Notes: a model not told the origin generated them from the letters alone. Counted from the stretch's first letter, positions 39,701-55,781 are shown. The stretch is 64,000 bases of DNA from Octopus vulgaris (GCA_951406725.2 OX597822.1:87172001-87236000); one strand, 5' to 3'. Translations and numbers: made by a program.

Positions 39701-42700
39701 GGAGTAATTCACTTTGGATTGTTACCACCTAATGCAACAATCAATGCTCAAGTCTACTGTCAGCAATTAGAGCATTTGAACCAAACTTTGAAGCAAAAAA
39801 AAGACCCGCTTTAGTGAATCAAAAAGGAGTGATGTTTCATCAGGACAATGCGCGATCCCACACTGCAAAGATCACATCACAGGAGATCGAAGAGCAACCT
39901 TGCTCCTTCAGACTAGTATTTGTTTCATAGTTTACAGAATCATTTGGGGGACATAACTTTTGCAAGCCAGGAGTAGGTCGAAACTGACATTTCAGAGTTC
40001 TTCACTTTGAAACCAAAAGAGTTTTACATTGATGGGATTAAAAACCTTGTAACTAGATGGAAGGAAGTCAAAGATAATCAGGGAAAGTACATTGATGATT
40101 AAATTTCAATTAAATATAACATTTGATGACTTGTTTTCTTTATTCAAAATTTGGACAGAACTTATGGGATGACCTGATACTTGGGTTGATTTGTTCAACT
40201 AAAATTCTGCAAGGCGGTGCTCCAGCATGGCCATAGTCTAATGACCGAAACAAGTAAAAGATAAAAGACAATTGTATTTTCCTTCCCTAACAAATGAAAA
40301 AAAACTTGTATACTTGCTTAGAGATTCTTTTCTCACTGCTTTGTAAAGTATGATGCGGCCTCTGCTACACTGTTGAGCTCAGAATAGGACTAAAATATGT
40401 CTAAAGTTATTTCCCCTACTGGCTAAAAGTATAAACAATAGTATTGGTTTCAAATTTTGGCACAAGGCCAGCCATTTCGGGCTCAATAATATCGTTCCCC
40501 AGTGCTCAACTGATACTTATATTGGCGAACCTGAAAAGATAAAAGGCAAAGTTGATCTGAACTCAAAACAAAGATGGTTGAAATGCTGCTTACCATTTTG
40601 CTGAGCATAGCTATGATTCTGGCAGATTGCTGCCTTAATGAACAGTAATATTAGTCATTGACTCCTATTGTTGTTCTTCTGTAAATTTATTTATGTCTAG
40701 CTACTGTTTTAATGCACCATATATGTTAATGCAATTTACTTTTAAAACAACTATGTTTCATCCGTAGTCATTTTTTAATGTTTCTTTCAGAGGGAATTTA
40801 TTCTATCAAGCTAACAGCCAGAAATCCTCTGGGAAATGTAACAGTAAGCATGGCAGAACTGTTTTATGTTCAACATCCACCTAAAAATCTCACGATTAAA
40901 AGCACTAATGCCAGTTATCTGTTAGGTAACAACATCACCTTCCAAGGTTTTCTGGAATCAGGCACAAATGTTACCTTCGACTGGAACTTAGGAGATCAAA
41001 CAGAACTAATAAATGCAGGTAAAAATAGCTTCTTTTTGTATTTGCTAATTAAAGGATGTGGAGCTAAGTCTGTATGGGACTGACTGTTCTTGCAGATAAG
41101 GATAAGTGAATAAGGACAAAACTGGCTGATATTTAGTTCAAATTGTTGCAGGTTTCTCATCTTTTTTTTTTTTAATTAAAAAATTTTTTTTCTTTCTAAA
41201 TAAACAAAATCATGTGAGAAGTGAGTTCCAGGAAAAAAAAAAAAAAACAGAAACATGTGAGAAGGAAGTTCCACAAAAGTGATGCTGAGAAAAATTTGGA
41301 CGAACTGGTTAGAAAATTGTGTGACAAAATAACATGTATACTTGTGGTTATGAATTGGCATTCTGTCAGCACTTTATTTGTATATATTTACCACATGATA
41401 CATGTATAGATAAGTGGGTGGAAGATATTAGCAGAATGGTTCTATAAATATACACCTTATTGTAACTATGACATTATATGCTTGGAACTTAAAATAATCT
41501 GTTCAGTTTCCTTTAGAGATCAAACAGGTTTTCTGTTGAGAAAAAGTAATTGGAGCTTGAGATAATATCCAACTACGCTTACTGTATTAATGGCATACTA
41601 TCATTAAAATGAACACAATGTTTATTTCCGATGCTGCCATAAAATGATAAAGCTTAAATACAAAATATGATAGTTGAAAACTGTTTCATAGATGTTTGGC
41701 TACTGTTCAGAAAGATATTTTAAAAATTCAACCAAAATTATCATATTGTGTCTCTATTTTTCACTGTTGCAAGTGATCAACTCCAAGATGAGGCTAGTAA
41801 TTTCATGTCCAGAAAATTTGCCGTAAACACTTCTGCTGCAGGAAATTTACTCTTAAAGGAGGCACACAAACAGACTACAAACTAGATAAATCATTTTAAA
41901 GTAATTGCTTCTTTCCAGTTGGTAGGTTAGTTGTTGAAGTTGCCATTTTAAGAAAACAGCTAATCTTTTTTCTTGCAATTTATCTTTTTACAGCGATATT
42001 TCCTACAGCAAAAATGTTTATGGCAAAATTTCCTATAACATAATAATTTGTATTTTGGAGTATATTCAGGACCTGTTGAGACTTTACAACTGCCTGACTG
42101 AAATATATTAGACAAGGGAAACATTTATGTGAACAGAATTCCTAGTTCCATTGTTAATTTGAATTAGCAATGTTTCAAATTTTGAGTCTTCTAGAGATAA
42201 TTGTTATAAATGAAAAGCTGCAACATATATAATCATCACCATCACCATTGTTATCATCATTGTTTAGCGTCTGTTTTCCATGCTGGCATGGGTTAGATGG
42301 TTTGACTAGAACTGGTAAGCTGGAGAGCTGCACCAGCCTCCAGTCTGTTTTTGACTTGGTTTCTATCACTGGATGCCTTTTCTAATGCCAACCTTTCCGC
42401 AGAGTGTACCTGGTGCCTTTTACATGTCACCAGCACTGGCTACAACTGCAATTTCACTTAGCTTGATGTGTCTTCTCAAGCACAGCAAATTGCCATAAGT
42501 CTTGGTCATTTGTCATCACCTCCATGAAACTCAACATCTGAAGTTCATATTTCACCACCTCATCCCACATCTCCCTGGGTCTGCCTCTTCCATAGGTTCC
42601 TGCCAGAGTTAGAGATCAGCACTTCTATATACTCTCACATTCTGTCATACATGCACACTGACATTGTACATCCCATGAAGCATACTCGCTTCATTTCTTT

Positions 42701-44373
42701 CAAGAATCCACATCAATTAAATTTAAGAGAAACTGTGATGCAAATTTTTCGTTGAAAGGAATATTGTCAGTTTGTCACTGGGAGCTACAATGTAGATTGC
42801 CACTGAAAGAAAATCTGGTGAGGATTGTTAATACTCTTCCATTAGTCTCTTAGTGTAGCCTTATATGGTAATGTGGGTTAGAGTATTGCACAAATTACAC
42901 ATATTCTTGCATAGTCTATAAAATCATATCCTTTTATCTAAGGTGTAGTGTAGTATATAGTATGATAGAACAAGTTTTCATGTAAACCTTTATAAATCAC
43001 TGCTTGTGTAAATTTTGTACGCCATCTCTCTTTCCCAAATCTGTGTTTGAAAATTCATCTAAATGACTGCAAAACTGGCATTTAAATTGCTGAAAAATCA
43101 ATTTGCTTCTCACATAGAGAATGCTTACTTCTCAGAAGCCATTATCAAAAGATTTTGGTTTGCTAACATGTGATCTCAAACAATATTCGAACATGTAACA
43201 TCATCCTATAGAGCTATTTTGTATCAGCAAGCACAGATTTCTTGGAACTTGTATATTAATATCCATGATATAGTCATCTCTGAAGGCCCAAGTTTGAAAA
43301 TGTCAGCTGAAATAATGGTGTTTTCTGATTGTTTATCTCATGACACAATAACAACTTCATGTTTTCCATTTCTTTACATTGTTTGATCTTATACAGGATT
43401 GACTGTGAGTCATCGCTATCTAACAGCTGGCAGGAAATCTATAACCCTTCATGCAAAAAACAAAGGCTCCACAATCTCTACATCTATGGAGGTATATGGA
43501 TGGAATAAAATTTCAAGTAAGGCTCAAACAAAACTAACAACTCTATAATTTTTTTTGTTTTTATTATTTCAAGTGCTTCAGCAAGTCTCCTTACACACAG
43601 TCACTGAACTTGATTGAAAGAGTTAGTGGCAGATCTCTCTCTCTCTTGTCGCAATAATACAAAATTATTCTAGGTTTTTCTTTACGTATTTCATTTTCAT
43701 TTCATTACTGTCAAATGAAATGTTAATTATATATATATATAATAAATACATGTATATAATTTATATATAAATCTATATGTACATAAAATGTGTGTGTGTG
43801 TTTTTTGATGCATGCAAAGAAACTACAATTCTCTTAACTTGCCTCTGTTTACTGAATTGATAATTTGTATCAAACATTTTCGTTTTATTAATGTGGTTGA
43901 AAGCAATAAATGAGAAAATCTGTCTGAAAGTGCTCATGGCAACATCTTTATTTTCAGATAAAACAAATGAAAAAGGAGACAATAGTAATAAACAATTAGA
44001 TACATTTAATGAACAATATGTATTATGTGCTAGGTTTCTTTGATTTCTCTATTGATGCTATTAACACATTGAATATAGATAAGAATGTGAAGTGTTGGAT
44101 TGCACACTTTAAAACTAAGTTCAAATTTTAAGAAGAAGTATTACTTTTTATTTCCCCATTTCTATTGGATTGTAACCTTACAATCTCTTGACTGATAAAA
44201 TCATTCGTACAGAGACAGACAAACAAACAAATAAAAGCACAGAGAGAGAGAGAGAGAGAAAGAGAGAGAGTAGTAAAAAATCTTTAACTGAAAATTTTAT
44301 CCCTGATGAATTGTAGTGAAAAATATTAGAAGCAAAATGCACAGAAATTTTATGTCAGGCAATATCATCATCA

Positions 44374-44435
<62 letters not shown>

Positions 44436-44612
44436 TGGTAATCGTGACTAAGGAGTTAGTGATAATGTTACAATTTCATGCTATCATAAGAAGTTTTCAT
44501 TTCATGTAATTATGTATATGTATATGTATGTATGTGTGTGTGTGTGTGTATTATATATATATATGTATGTATATGTGTATATTATATATATATATGTATG
44601 TATATGTGTATG

Positions 44613-44652
<40 letters not shown>

Positions 44653-47600
44653 ACGTATATATTTATATATATATATATATTGTATTTGTAAATTTGATTA
44701 GTACCTTTCCCTTATTTGATAAAATTGCAGGTGTTCAGCTCAAGAACAATGGCTCCATCAAAAAGGGAGCTGTCATGGAGCCGATGTTGCTTGAAGCAGT
44801 TCTTGTCCCAAGTTTCAGGCATACTTTACAATACATGAAATGGGATTTAGGTAACAACAATGATAATGTATTGACATACCTTGCTTCATGTGAAACGGTT
44901 TATCGTCAAAGTGGTCGGTGAGTGTACGCTATTCAAATCAGAGATTTTCTTATTTAATTTGTGATAATGAAAGAATATCCTTGATGTTGGATGTTTAAAA
45001 TGAAATTGACATTTCTTCAAACAAATCAGTGGTCTATTTAACTATAATATTTATATATTATTTGGTAATAATACAGCTGTTGACAGCCCTTATAACTATT
45101 TCAACTGTTGACTGCTTGTCAACAGCTAATGTTTCTTAGGCTAGCATCAATAATGATTATTTTAGCTACATCAGTAACAATTATCTTGTGTAGTAACTGC
45201 TCTAATTATGTGAATGGATACTAAATATAATCTAAAGACCTATTAGTTATATTCATACTAGTTTCAGGCAACTGAGATGTAGATGATAATTTGCATGTAG
45301 TTCACTTTTAATGAGCTTGAAATATCAAATATTTTCAGTGTATCAGTTTGAAAACATACACCAACACAGTATTCAGCCAAAATTTTAACACGAATGTACT
45401 TTTTCTTTGGCGGAAAGCGTAAAATTATCAAAAGAGTAAATTATTTAGAAAAATAAAGAAAAAAAACAGCGTGAAACCTGTTGCTTGTAAAATTGAATTA
45501 TACAATTAACTTTTGACCTCTTGACCATGTAAGGTCTTTTTAGCCCAGTTTGTTACAGGTGTATCCATTTTGAGACTTATCCATAGAATGATATTTCACA
45601 TCTTGAAATGTCTACAGTTTCACAATATTGTTACACAATAATGTATCTGCACTAATGAAGAGGAAACTACTTTTATGAGATAGAAAATTAATAATGGCAT
45701 TATTGAAAACTCTGTCAAAAGGTTTCAGGGCAATAAAAGGCAAATTTAATGTACATGTACTTCAAGATCTTTCACCATCATCATCATTTAACATTTGTAT
45801 TCTGTACTGGTATGGGTTGGATGGCTTGACAGGAACTGACAAGTCCAGGGCTGCACCAGGTTCCATAATATGTTTTAGCTTGGTTTCTGCAGCTGGATGC
45901 CCTTCCTGAAGCCAACCACTTCACAGAGGGTACTGGGTGCTTTTTTCACAGCATCATCACCAGTGTTTTTTTTATGTGGCACCAGCACTAATCCCAATGT
46001 TTTTTTGTGGTACTTTGGTTTTAGGATATCAGTTTTGTTGTAGGCAGGTCTTCTTGGGTGGAGTGAAAAATTGGACTTGACAGATCCAATTATATTCTTA
46101 TAGAAATAAGTGGAATGATGATTGCAGCATTTCTTAATGCAAGATATTTAATATTTTATTTCTATGGCAGAGAACTGCATGCAAAACCTCATACAATACT
46201 GATTAAACCCCAAGTCATTGTCTTCATTGTTTAGCATGGTCAGTTCAGTATCCTAACTTAAAGTTTTATCATTATCATCATCTTCCTTGGTGGCATGGGT
46301 TGGATGGTTTGACAGGATCCTTTGATTCAAAGGATTGCCTCACCACCCAATGTTTGAAAGCCTTCCTAATGCTAACCACTTTACATTATGAGCTGATTGC
46401 TTTTTTTTCTTGCTACCAACACTGGCAAGATTTTCATGTAGTTTGAAAGACTATGAACCCCATGCTAACAGATGAGGAGTTAAGTATGGGAAAGGGGCCA
46501 GATCAGAACACATTATAGGATAGAGAGTGAAGGTGTTTTGGGGTGGAGTGGAGAGAAAGAGAGAAAAAAAGAAGTGATAAGGTATTGGGGTGGACCCTTA
46601 GGGTACAAGGAAATAGAGGTGGATGGGGATAGAAGGATTGCAAATATGGGTGACTAAGAGATTACGAGAGTGTGAGGATTGGTGGTGGGGTGAATATAAT
46701 GAATGATGAACAAGTGTTGAGTAGATGATTTGGTGTAGGGGTAGGGAAGATGATTTGGTGTAGTGGATAGTGGGATGTAGTGATGTTTATGGAGAAAATA
46801 TAGACAGGAAGTAAGGTCTGGGGGTTACAGCTGAGAAGAAGATTAGGAAAGGTGTTCCATACATGATTTAGGAATGGAGATACTAAAGAAATGATGAGAG
46901 GGAGAGGGTGACTATATTCAGCTGGTTTGAACAGGGAAAGTTAAATGTTTGTTAGTTTAGGCAAGGAAAGACCAATAAAGGTTAAAGAGACAGATGCAAT
47001 TTGTTATTTGTATTAATGAGTAAAAGTTTGCTTGTCAATTAGAAACCTGTTTGGGGTGAACAGTGTAAACGATACTGACATATTCATTATAAAAATTTTT
47101 AAACACTTCTTTCAGTTTTGAATCAATTTTACATAATTGGCTGAATTGTCTTCTTATTTGTTCAACGATTATTTTCCCAGATACACTGTGACAGCAACAG
47201 CATTTAATGACTTTAGTCATGCAATTTCAGAACCTCTCGAAGTTCAAATATTCTCCAAAATATCATCATTAGAAATGACCATGTCTGGTCCGGTAATTGT
47301 TGACTCTTTAATTAAGTTTTCATCGTACTACTACTCGGGATCCGATTTAAATTTTCGGTGGAACTTTGGTGATGGCACACCTGAGGAAACAGAGAAAACA
47401 GTCTATCATAAATTCAACAGGTTTAGTATATCTTATTTTAATTTTTTAAATGTATTATTATGTGGGATAAATTGTCTGGGTTTGTCTGAGATACTCTGTT
47501 GGGGTTTGATGTGGATTGAGGATAAACAGATCAATGTCAAATGAATAAGACAATACCAAACTTGTGGTTCTCTTGCTTGTGTAGCATTGTGCAGAGTTCT

Positions 47601-50600
47601 GTTGCCAGACAGGGTCTTCCAGTAGCCACCTTTTCAACCTAGGGCAGCATTACCTCCTCCACACACTTGATGTAGGCTTCTGTGTTGAGTCTCAGGCCAT
47701 GTGGGAAGATGAATGGAGGCATAACATTGCCATCATTAGTGATTGCTCCAGGCACTATGATGTTGACTGGACATTTGATTTTTATCACTCTCTGTGTGAT
47801 TTTTATCACTTCCGGCATGAATGCCAAGAAGTACAGCATGTCATTTCCAAATGTCTGGCAGGGTGAATTGCACCATGGTGCTGTTTTTCTCATAGACACT
47901 GCCCTACTGACCCTACTGTACTGTGCAGCCAACAAAATCAGAAACAAACAATGCACATGCACGAAATTAAAAATGTGAAATGGCGACAATTTACCCATCG
48001 CACTCTGTAGATTAGTATGATAATGATTAAGATATTTATTCCATATTATTTACAGTATTGCAGTTGGATTATAACTTTCAGTGAATTTGTTGAGTTATAA
48101 ATTAGTCTTTGTATTGTTGTTCTTCAGAACTGGTATATATGATGTGATTTTGACAGTGTTTAATGAAATCAGCAAAAGTGTTGACACCAAAAAGTTGTTT
48201 GTACTGGAATATCCTTGCAACCCACCAGAAGTTAATATCCTTGGATCCAACAATCAGATAGTAAGTGTCTTTTTAACCATGTAAATGCATCTATGCTGAT
48301 CTCTACAGGAAGTTCTTGTACAACTGGCACATATTCCCATTTTCTCTTTCATTATAAATTATTTTTTTTAGAATTAATTGGCCTTTGAACTAACTTTGTA
48401 TTTCACTGTAACTTCTCTTGTGATCAGTACATAAACACAAAACAATTCTATTAAGATATATCTCTCAACTGTTCAATATTGGTTGATTGATTGACTCCTT
48501 GTTTACATCAATACAATATCTTGGCTTGACTTTGATGATAACACTCTTGGCAGTGTCTGTCTTTCTCCAAGTATCTGTGGTAAGATTTGAGTCTATAATG
48601 TAACTCTGCATGGCATAATTAGGTAACATGCAGTAGCGAGGCATTTCTCTTGGGCACAGTGTGGTTCTAAAATGGTAAATCAGTTCTGCTTCTAGTAGAC
48701 TGACAACTTAATGAATCAGCCATCTTGAATTGTCCTGCAGTGCAATGATTTATACTTGGTGTGAAGCTGTTGGTATATTTTGAAGGTTATTTTGACTGCT
48801 AGCTATTTATCATTTTGTTTGGAACTATATTCTTATCAACGATATTGATTAGTTTTACAAGGTTATATTAGAGGCACATATTAGTGAAACTCATTTAAAT
48901 GCTAACAATATTTATTTGGTTTCTTTATAGTTACTATGTATCTAATTTCAAATAACCTAAAATGCTTTCATAATTTCTTGTCTTAAATAATGAGAAGTCT
49001 TTTATAACTCATACACTTATTCAACTTCCATAGTCTAACTAGGCATATAATTTAGAACAATCTTAAAAGATACAAAGTAAAATAATTGTCTTCAATTTCT
49101 TTTTTAAACTATAAACCCTATCAATATGATGTTACTAGGTCCAGCGTTCCAAAGATGTCCATATTGAACCAGTTGTGTCAGTTGACTGCTCCAATAAAAG
49201 AGACATTAGTTATATTTGGACAATCAAAAATAAAACAACTGGTGAAATAGTGCAACCGAAAAACATTGCAAAGGAAGTATTTGAAGAGAGAATCCTTTTC
49301 CTTCCAAGGCTGACTCTTCAATATGGAAATTATACAGTTGATTTAGAGGTAAGTCATCATATTTTAGATTCCTTACTTTCTATGACTTTTACATCATACT
49401 CTTCTGTTTCAAAAATACTTAACTATATTCAATCTTGACCCTTTTGCTATCTGTTCCTTTCTCTCATTCACTCTCTCTCTCTCTTTCATTCTTTCTTACT
49501 CATTTTCTCATCTCATTCACTGCTATGTCTTTCATCATTAAAATGACTTATTTTGACTGTGATTTATTGAGTACATCCAGAAGAAACTTCACTTTCATGT
49601 AAAAAAGAACAAAAAAAAACCTCTAAAAGCTCATAGTTTTGGAAGATCATCATCATCATCATCATCATCTTCTTCTTCACTACCATCAACAACAACATGA
49701 TGATGGACATTAAATAATGATGAAGACGAATTATCTTCAAAAGCCATTTCACCCAGACTTGATGATTTCATATATAAAAATGAAATTTTACATTATGATT
49801 TAAAGCTGTGCTCTGTGGCAGAGTATTATTACTGATTAGAGTTAGGAAAGGTGCTGTAAAGAATAATCTTGGAGAACATAGTCCAACGTTTGGGACCACA
49901 AATTCATTGTTAATGATAGTTGCCACTAGAAAGCTAATTAGCTCCATGCCAGCATGGAAGGCGAACATTTAGCAGTGATGAGGATGAAGCAGACATGCCA
50001 AGCAACGGAATGCTCCTGGAAGCTAATCCACAAACCAACAAATTTATCTACAAGAGCTTCTACCAATTCTGTTTTAATTACATTGGTAATTATTGATAAT
50101 CATAAACAACTACATTCAACCTTCAGTGATAAGAAAATTTCATTGCTCGAGTCTGAGTTTACAAAGGAATAAATTTATTTACCTCATGACCTCAGATTAA
50201 AGATGCATGTGGATATAGTTTTGTCACTATTCCGGTCATGTGATACAGTGTTTCCAGCTTGTATTGCTAAAGGTCATAGGGAATCCAGACAAAGACACAC
50301 TATTTCATTTTGAAACCATAATTGTTTTTATGAAGTTTATCTCTACAAATTTTCTATAGTGCTCAGTGCCAGCACATGAAAACAATGCACTGCTAACACA
50401 GAGTAGGCACAATGTTCACTTAAAAAACTTTAATATATTATGGTTGGAAAATGAAATACTGTGTCCTTGCTAACAATTAAAATTTACATACCACTTGCCA
50501 GAAATTTGTTTAATATGTCAATTGGTATATCAAGTGGTGTTACACGGTTAAATTTAGTAGGTATTTAAGCAATGCTTTTGTGGATAGTTGATGAGGTGGA

Positions 50601-53600
50601 TGTAGCACTGATGAAAGAGCAATAAATTTTTGAAATGTGCATATACACCCATTACCTATTTTGCTATCTTCAATCGCATTGTTTACATGAATGTATTTGT
50701 GTACAAAATGTTGTTATCTTCAGTGCTGGCTCTGAATTCTATAGAAAATCTGTTGAGATGAACTTAAAAAAAGAGTATAATGTTGGCAAAACTTGTATTA
50801 ATGCATATTTTATACTTTTTTTTATTGAAAGGTGAAAATTGATGGAACAATTGTGTACACCAAAGTAAGGATGGGTCTCACTGTTATACCATCCCCTCTC
50901 CATGGCATCATTGTAGGTGGTATCATGCGATATGTATCACGTGCATCAAAAAAAATTGTTCTTGATGGATCATATTCCAGAGATCCAGATTCACTAACTA
51001 ACAGCCATCTCAGGTAATTTCATTTAATTTGTTTGTTTTTTTTTACTTTTTTCTTAAAAACACTTCCCTTGCAATAATATCAAGCACTTGCCTATACATT
51101 TTCATCCTTTTACATTCTGTTGACATTACCCCTTATTTCCCTGAGGCTAGTAACAGAGGTAATAATTAAACTCTACCTCCTCCTCTCCATATCTGATATC
51201 TTGTGCTAGTGTAAGACATTATTTTCATTATTGTTGTAGTTCAGCATGTATTTGGATAATTCTTAAAACAGTGAATCAGTTACTGTTTTTCCTATACATT
51301 TAAGCATAATTTGAGATCATTTTACTCTGCTCAGAATCAATTATTACTTCAAATCTTACCAAAGCACACAATTCTTTTGGCCTCAGTCTGCTTAGGTGAC
51401 AACAGCTACCACTTCAACTGTCAATTCTAAATGCTTAGTAATATACAATGATGTGAAAATAATTTCTCTGACTATGTTTGCATTGGAGATTTTACAGTAA
51501 AATTCCTTGCCCATGCAGAGTAACTTTTTTTTCTCCTGCCTAATAGTAACTTAATTCAAGAATAACCATTACTTTTAGAACATCATTGAGAGTTTCATTT
51601 TTATTGTAGTGGCTCAAAAGGAGACAGATTTTCTGTTACTCTCTCCAGGTTCACTATTACAATTGTTTGTGGTTATTTACAGTAGTGCATTCTACCTCTC
51701 ATTTACATACAGTAAAGTGAACTCACTGAGAAATATATTTACCAGAGACTCCAATACAGTAAAATAACCAGATATAAACCATTGTCTCTTTGGTCTAGAT
51801 GTTCACATATTTCCTAACCCATCCACTATTATCACCGTGTGAATATAATAGATTTTTTATTCTTAACTGACAACTTCATATGGATAAATGAAATGAAAAT
51901 AAATAATTAACTGACCACATTGAATCATAGGATGTTGTCAACAGTTTTTTTTAGAAATTACCAGTTAATTTGAAATGCTATTAAAAATTAAATTTAACTA
52001 GGTATAGACAAAGAAGAATACAATAGAGTTCTCACTTCTCCCTTAAATATAGTCACTTTTACACTTCAAACTCAAACTTTTTTGTTCTTTATTCTTTAAT
52101 CATGATAAGTTTTCTTATTGATCTGTTTTTACATTGAAGAAATTTTATTTAGAGGAATTTTATTACCATTACAATGTTAGATGTAACCAGTGACAATGTT
52201 TGGACTCTTTACAGATATCAATGGCACTGTTTGAATTTAGAGAGGAAAAATTCTACCTGTTTCAATGATACTTTCAATGATAACAACATTGTGAAGAATG
52301 AATCCATCTTAGTATTTCCTGGTAGCTCTTTGAAAACTGGACTGAATGATTTTGAGTTTCGGCTTACTGTCTCTGTTCCAAATTCTGAGAAAGTGGTAGT
52401 ATCTCAAGTTCTTTTTGCCTCACACATACCAAATATTCTAAAGTAAGATATTTCACTCTATTAATTATTATTCTCTTTATCTGTTTATGTCTGTGTTTAG
52501 ATTTTCTGAAGGAAGGAAAAATTTGAAGAGAAAGACTACAAACTAAAATGCTAAATATACCATTGTGAAGAGCAACATTTAATTACTACTGGACATTTAA
52601 TCTCATTACTCTTTATTTGTACAGAGTAGTTTTACATTCAAGTTTGACATATTCACCAAGTGTAATTTTACACCACAATAACTGATAAAATGTATTGCTT
52701 ACTTAGACACCTCAATTCACAGTGCAATTATAAGTCCTCTGTCATGACATATTGTATACCAGTCTTCACCATTTCTTGTGGACTGCTTGAAAAGAGCTCA
52801 GCTCTTTATTAAGAGTTGCCTTCCTTTCCTTGATGTTGTCTTTCCATCTTCTGTTCATGGTGTTTGAAAGGCTACTAGATCTTGTTACATGATCATCATT
52901 CTGAGATCCTTATAGAAGCCAATGTGATACTGGATGGTTTTGTGATATTCTCTAATGCCAACATATGACCAAATAGATTAAAAAAGTTTGGAAGACCCTA
53001 CATACAAAAAAAAAATTATGTACATACAACAAATTAGAGAAAAACCAGATTTTCCTGGTTTGTCCATTTACGTAGGAGCTCTGGGCAAAATGTTATAGTG
53101 CATGACCATCCTTGCAACATAAGTAATGTGTGTGTAAAGTTTGGTGAAAATCGGTTGAGAATTGTGGAAATGTATGCATTAGTCATTGTACACGCACATA
53201 CTGTGATTTATGTATACTAGATATGTGTGTTTGTGTGTGTATATACAGTGTATGTATATATATGTGTGTGTGTGTGTATGCAGTATATATCTATAAAATA
53301 TATGTGTGTGTATAGTAATAATAATTATAATAATAATCCATGGATGGAATTTATAAATACTTTAAAGTATTGTTATGCACACTTCCACAAATCACGTATT
53401 TTTGTGACCATAACCTGCATTCCTATACATACATGCATACATACATACATATCATCATCATCATCATCATCATTTTGTGTCTATTGTCCATGCTGGCATG
53501 GATTGGATGGTTTGATCAAGACTGGAAGGCTGCACCAGACTGTAGTCTAATTTGACATGGTTTCCATGGCCAGATGCCCTTCCTAACACCAACCACTCTG

Positions 53601-55452
53601 AAAGTGTAATGGCTGCTTTTACATGCTGCCAGCACAGGTGCCATTTGCATTACACCAGTATTTGCCAAGACTACGATTTGACTTGGCTTGATGCGTCTTC
53701 TTCTCAAGCGCAGCATAATGCCATCTACAGGTCTTGGACATCACCTCCGTGAGGCCCAACACTTGAAAGGAGCTCAGCCACTTTGCCTCCATGAGGACCA
53801 ATGCTCAAAAGATGCTTTTTATGTGCCACTAGCATGGGTAGGAGTTATGTGAAACCAGCACCAGCCATGACTACAATTTCACTTGGTTGACGGGTCTTCT
53901 CAAGCGCAGCATATCATCAAAGGTCTCAGTTGCTAGCCATTGCCCCTGTGAGGCCCAAAATTTGAAGATTATACTTCACCACCTCATGCCACATCTTCCT
54001 GGGTCTACCTCTACCACAGGTTCCCTCCGCAGTTAGATATCGGCACTTCTTTACATAGCTGTCCTCGTCCATATGCATCACATGACCATACTAGTGCAGT
54101 TGTCTCTGTTGCACACCACATCTCATTCCTCTTATACCCAACTTTTCTCCAAATTTCGAAAGATATTTTAAGTCAAAGTACAGCATGTTAGTATTACGAG
54201 ATACATATTTCAGAAGATAGTCACCACAAAAATAGCAAAGTCTGTCTTAAAATACATAAATTTATCCTACATCATATTGGCACAACTCGGAACAACCCCA
54301 TAAAACTGGTGTTGTAGGTTGAAATCCCTTCACTGCAGCCGACATAATATATGAAGAGCTTTTATATGTGTAATCAGAAACATTTCCTGTAAATGAACTT
54401 AAAGGATATATATATATATTCTTTTATTCTTTTACTTGTTTCAGTCATTTGACTGCGGCCATGCTGGAGCACCACCATTAGTTGAACAAATCAACCACAG
54501 GACTTATTCTTTGTAAGCCTAGTACTTATTCTATTGGTCTCTTTTGCCGAACTACTAAGTTAAAGGGATGTAAACACACCAGCATTAGTTGTCAAGTGAT
54601 GGTGCGGGGGGGGGGGGGGCAAAGACACACACAAATACATAAATAACTGTAGAGGGAACCTGTGGTAGAGGTAGACCCAGAAAGATGTAGGACAAAGTGG
54701 TGAAGCATGATCTTTGAAACTTGAGCCTCAAAGAGGCAATGACTAGGAACCGAGACCTTTGGCGATATGCTCTGCTTGAGAAGGCCCGTGAAGCCAAGGG
54801 AAATTGTTGTCATGGCTCATGCTGGTGTCACATAATTGGCACTGAAAGAGTACCTTTTGAGTGTTGGGACTCACGGAAGCAAAGTGGCCTGGTTCCTTTT
54901 GAGCATTGGGCCTCATGGAAGCAAAGTAGCTGAGTTCCATTCGAGTGTTGGGCCTTACAGAGTCAGTGACTGAGACCATTGGCATTATGTTGTGCTTGAG
55001 AAGACGACCCATCAAGCTGAGTAAAAATGCAGTCGTGGCAGATACTGGTGTCACACAAATAGCACTTGTGCCAGTCGCACATAAAACACCCATTACACTC
55101 TCAGAGTGGTTGGCATTAGGAAGTGCATCCAGCTGTAGAAAACCATGCCAAATCAGGCTGGAGTCTGGTGCGGCCTTCCAGCTTGCCAGCCCTGGTCATA
55201 CCATCCAACCTATGCCAGCATGGACAATAGACGTTAAATGATGATGATGATGATGATGATACACACACACATATATGATGGCCTTATTTCAGTTTCCATC
55301 TACTAAATCCACTCACAATTCTTTGGTTGGCCCGAGGCTATAGTAGAAGACACTTGCTCAAGATACCAAGCAATGGGAGTGAACTCCAAACCATGTGGTT
55401 AGAAAGCAAGCTTCTTATGACATAGCCATGCTTGCACATATATATATATTGT

Positions 55453-55483
<31 letters not shown>

Positions 55484-55739
55484 CACGAGACCAACCAGAC
55501 CATCAGATGTTGTTACACATCGCTGGTCACAATGCATTCACATTATTTTAGCCTTTGAATGATGCCAACAGAAGAAAGAGTGGTGAAAGAGTACAGCAGG
55601 GATCACCACCCCCTGCAGGAGCGTCGTGGAGCTTTTAGGTGTTTTCACTCAATAAACACTCACAACACCCGGTCTGGGAATCGAAACCGCGATCCTACGA
55701 CCGCGAGTTTGCTGCCCTAACCACTGGGCCATTGTGCCT

Positions 55740-55781
<42 letters not shown>

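Noticed and set aside
44300-44335. CTGATGA...GAAA hammerhead-like motif
   Set aside because: Stem I cannot form; likely chance in AT-rich DNA.
46480-46960. G/purine-rich tract (G-quadruplex candidate)
   Set aside because: Contiguous with an antisense RTE-tail element and explained as its pyrimidine-rich body, like 34985-35280.
55660-55741. tRNA gene
   Set aside because: A/B boxes present but no complete cloverleaf; continues into a SINE body.
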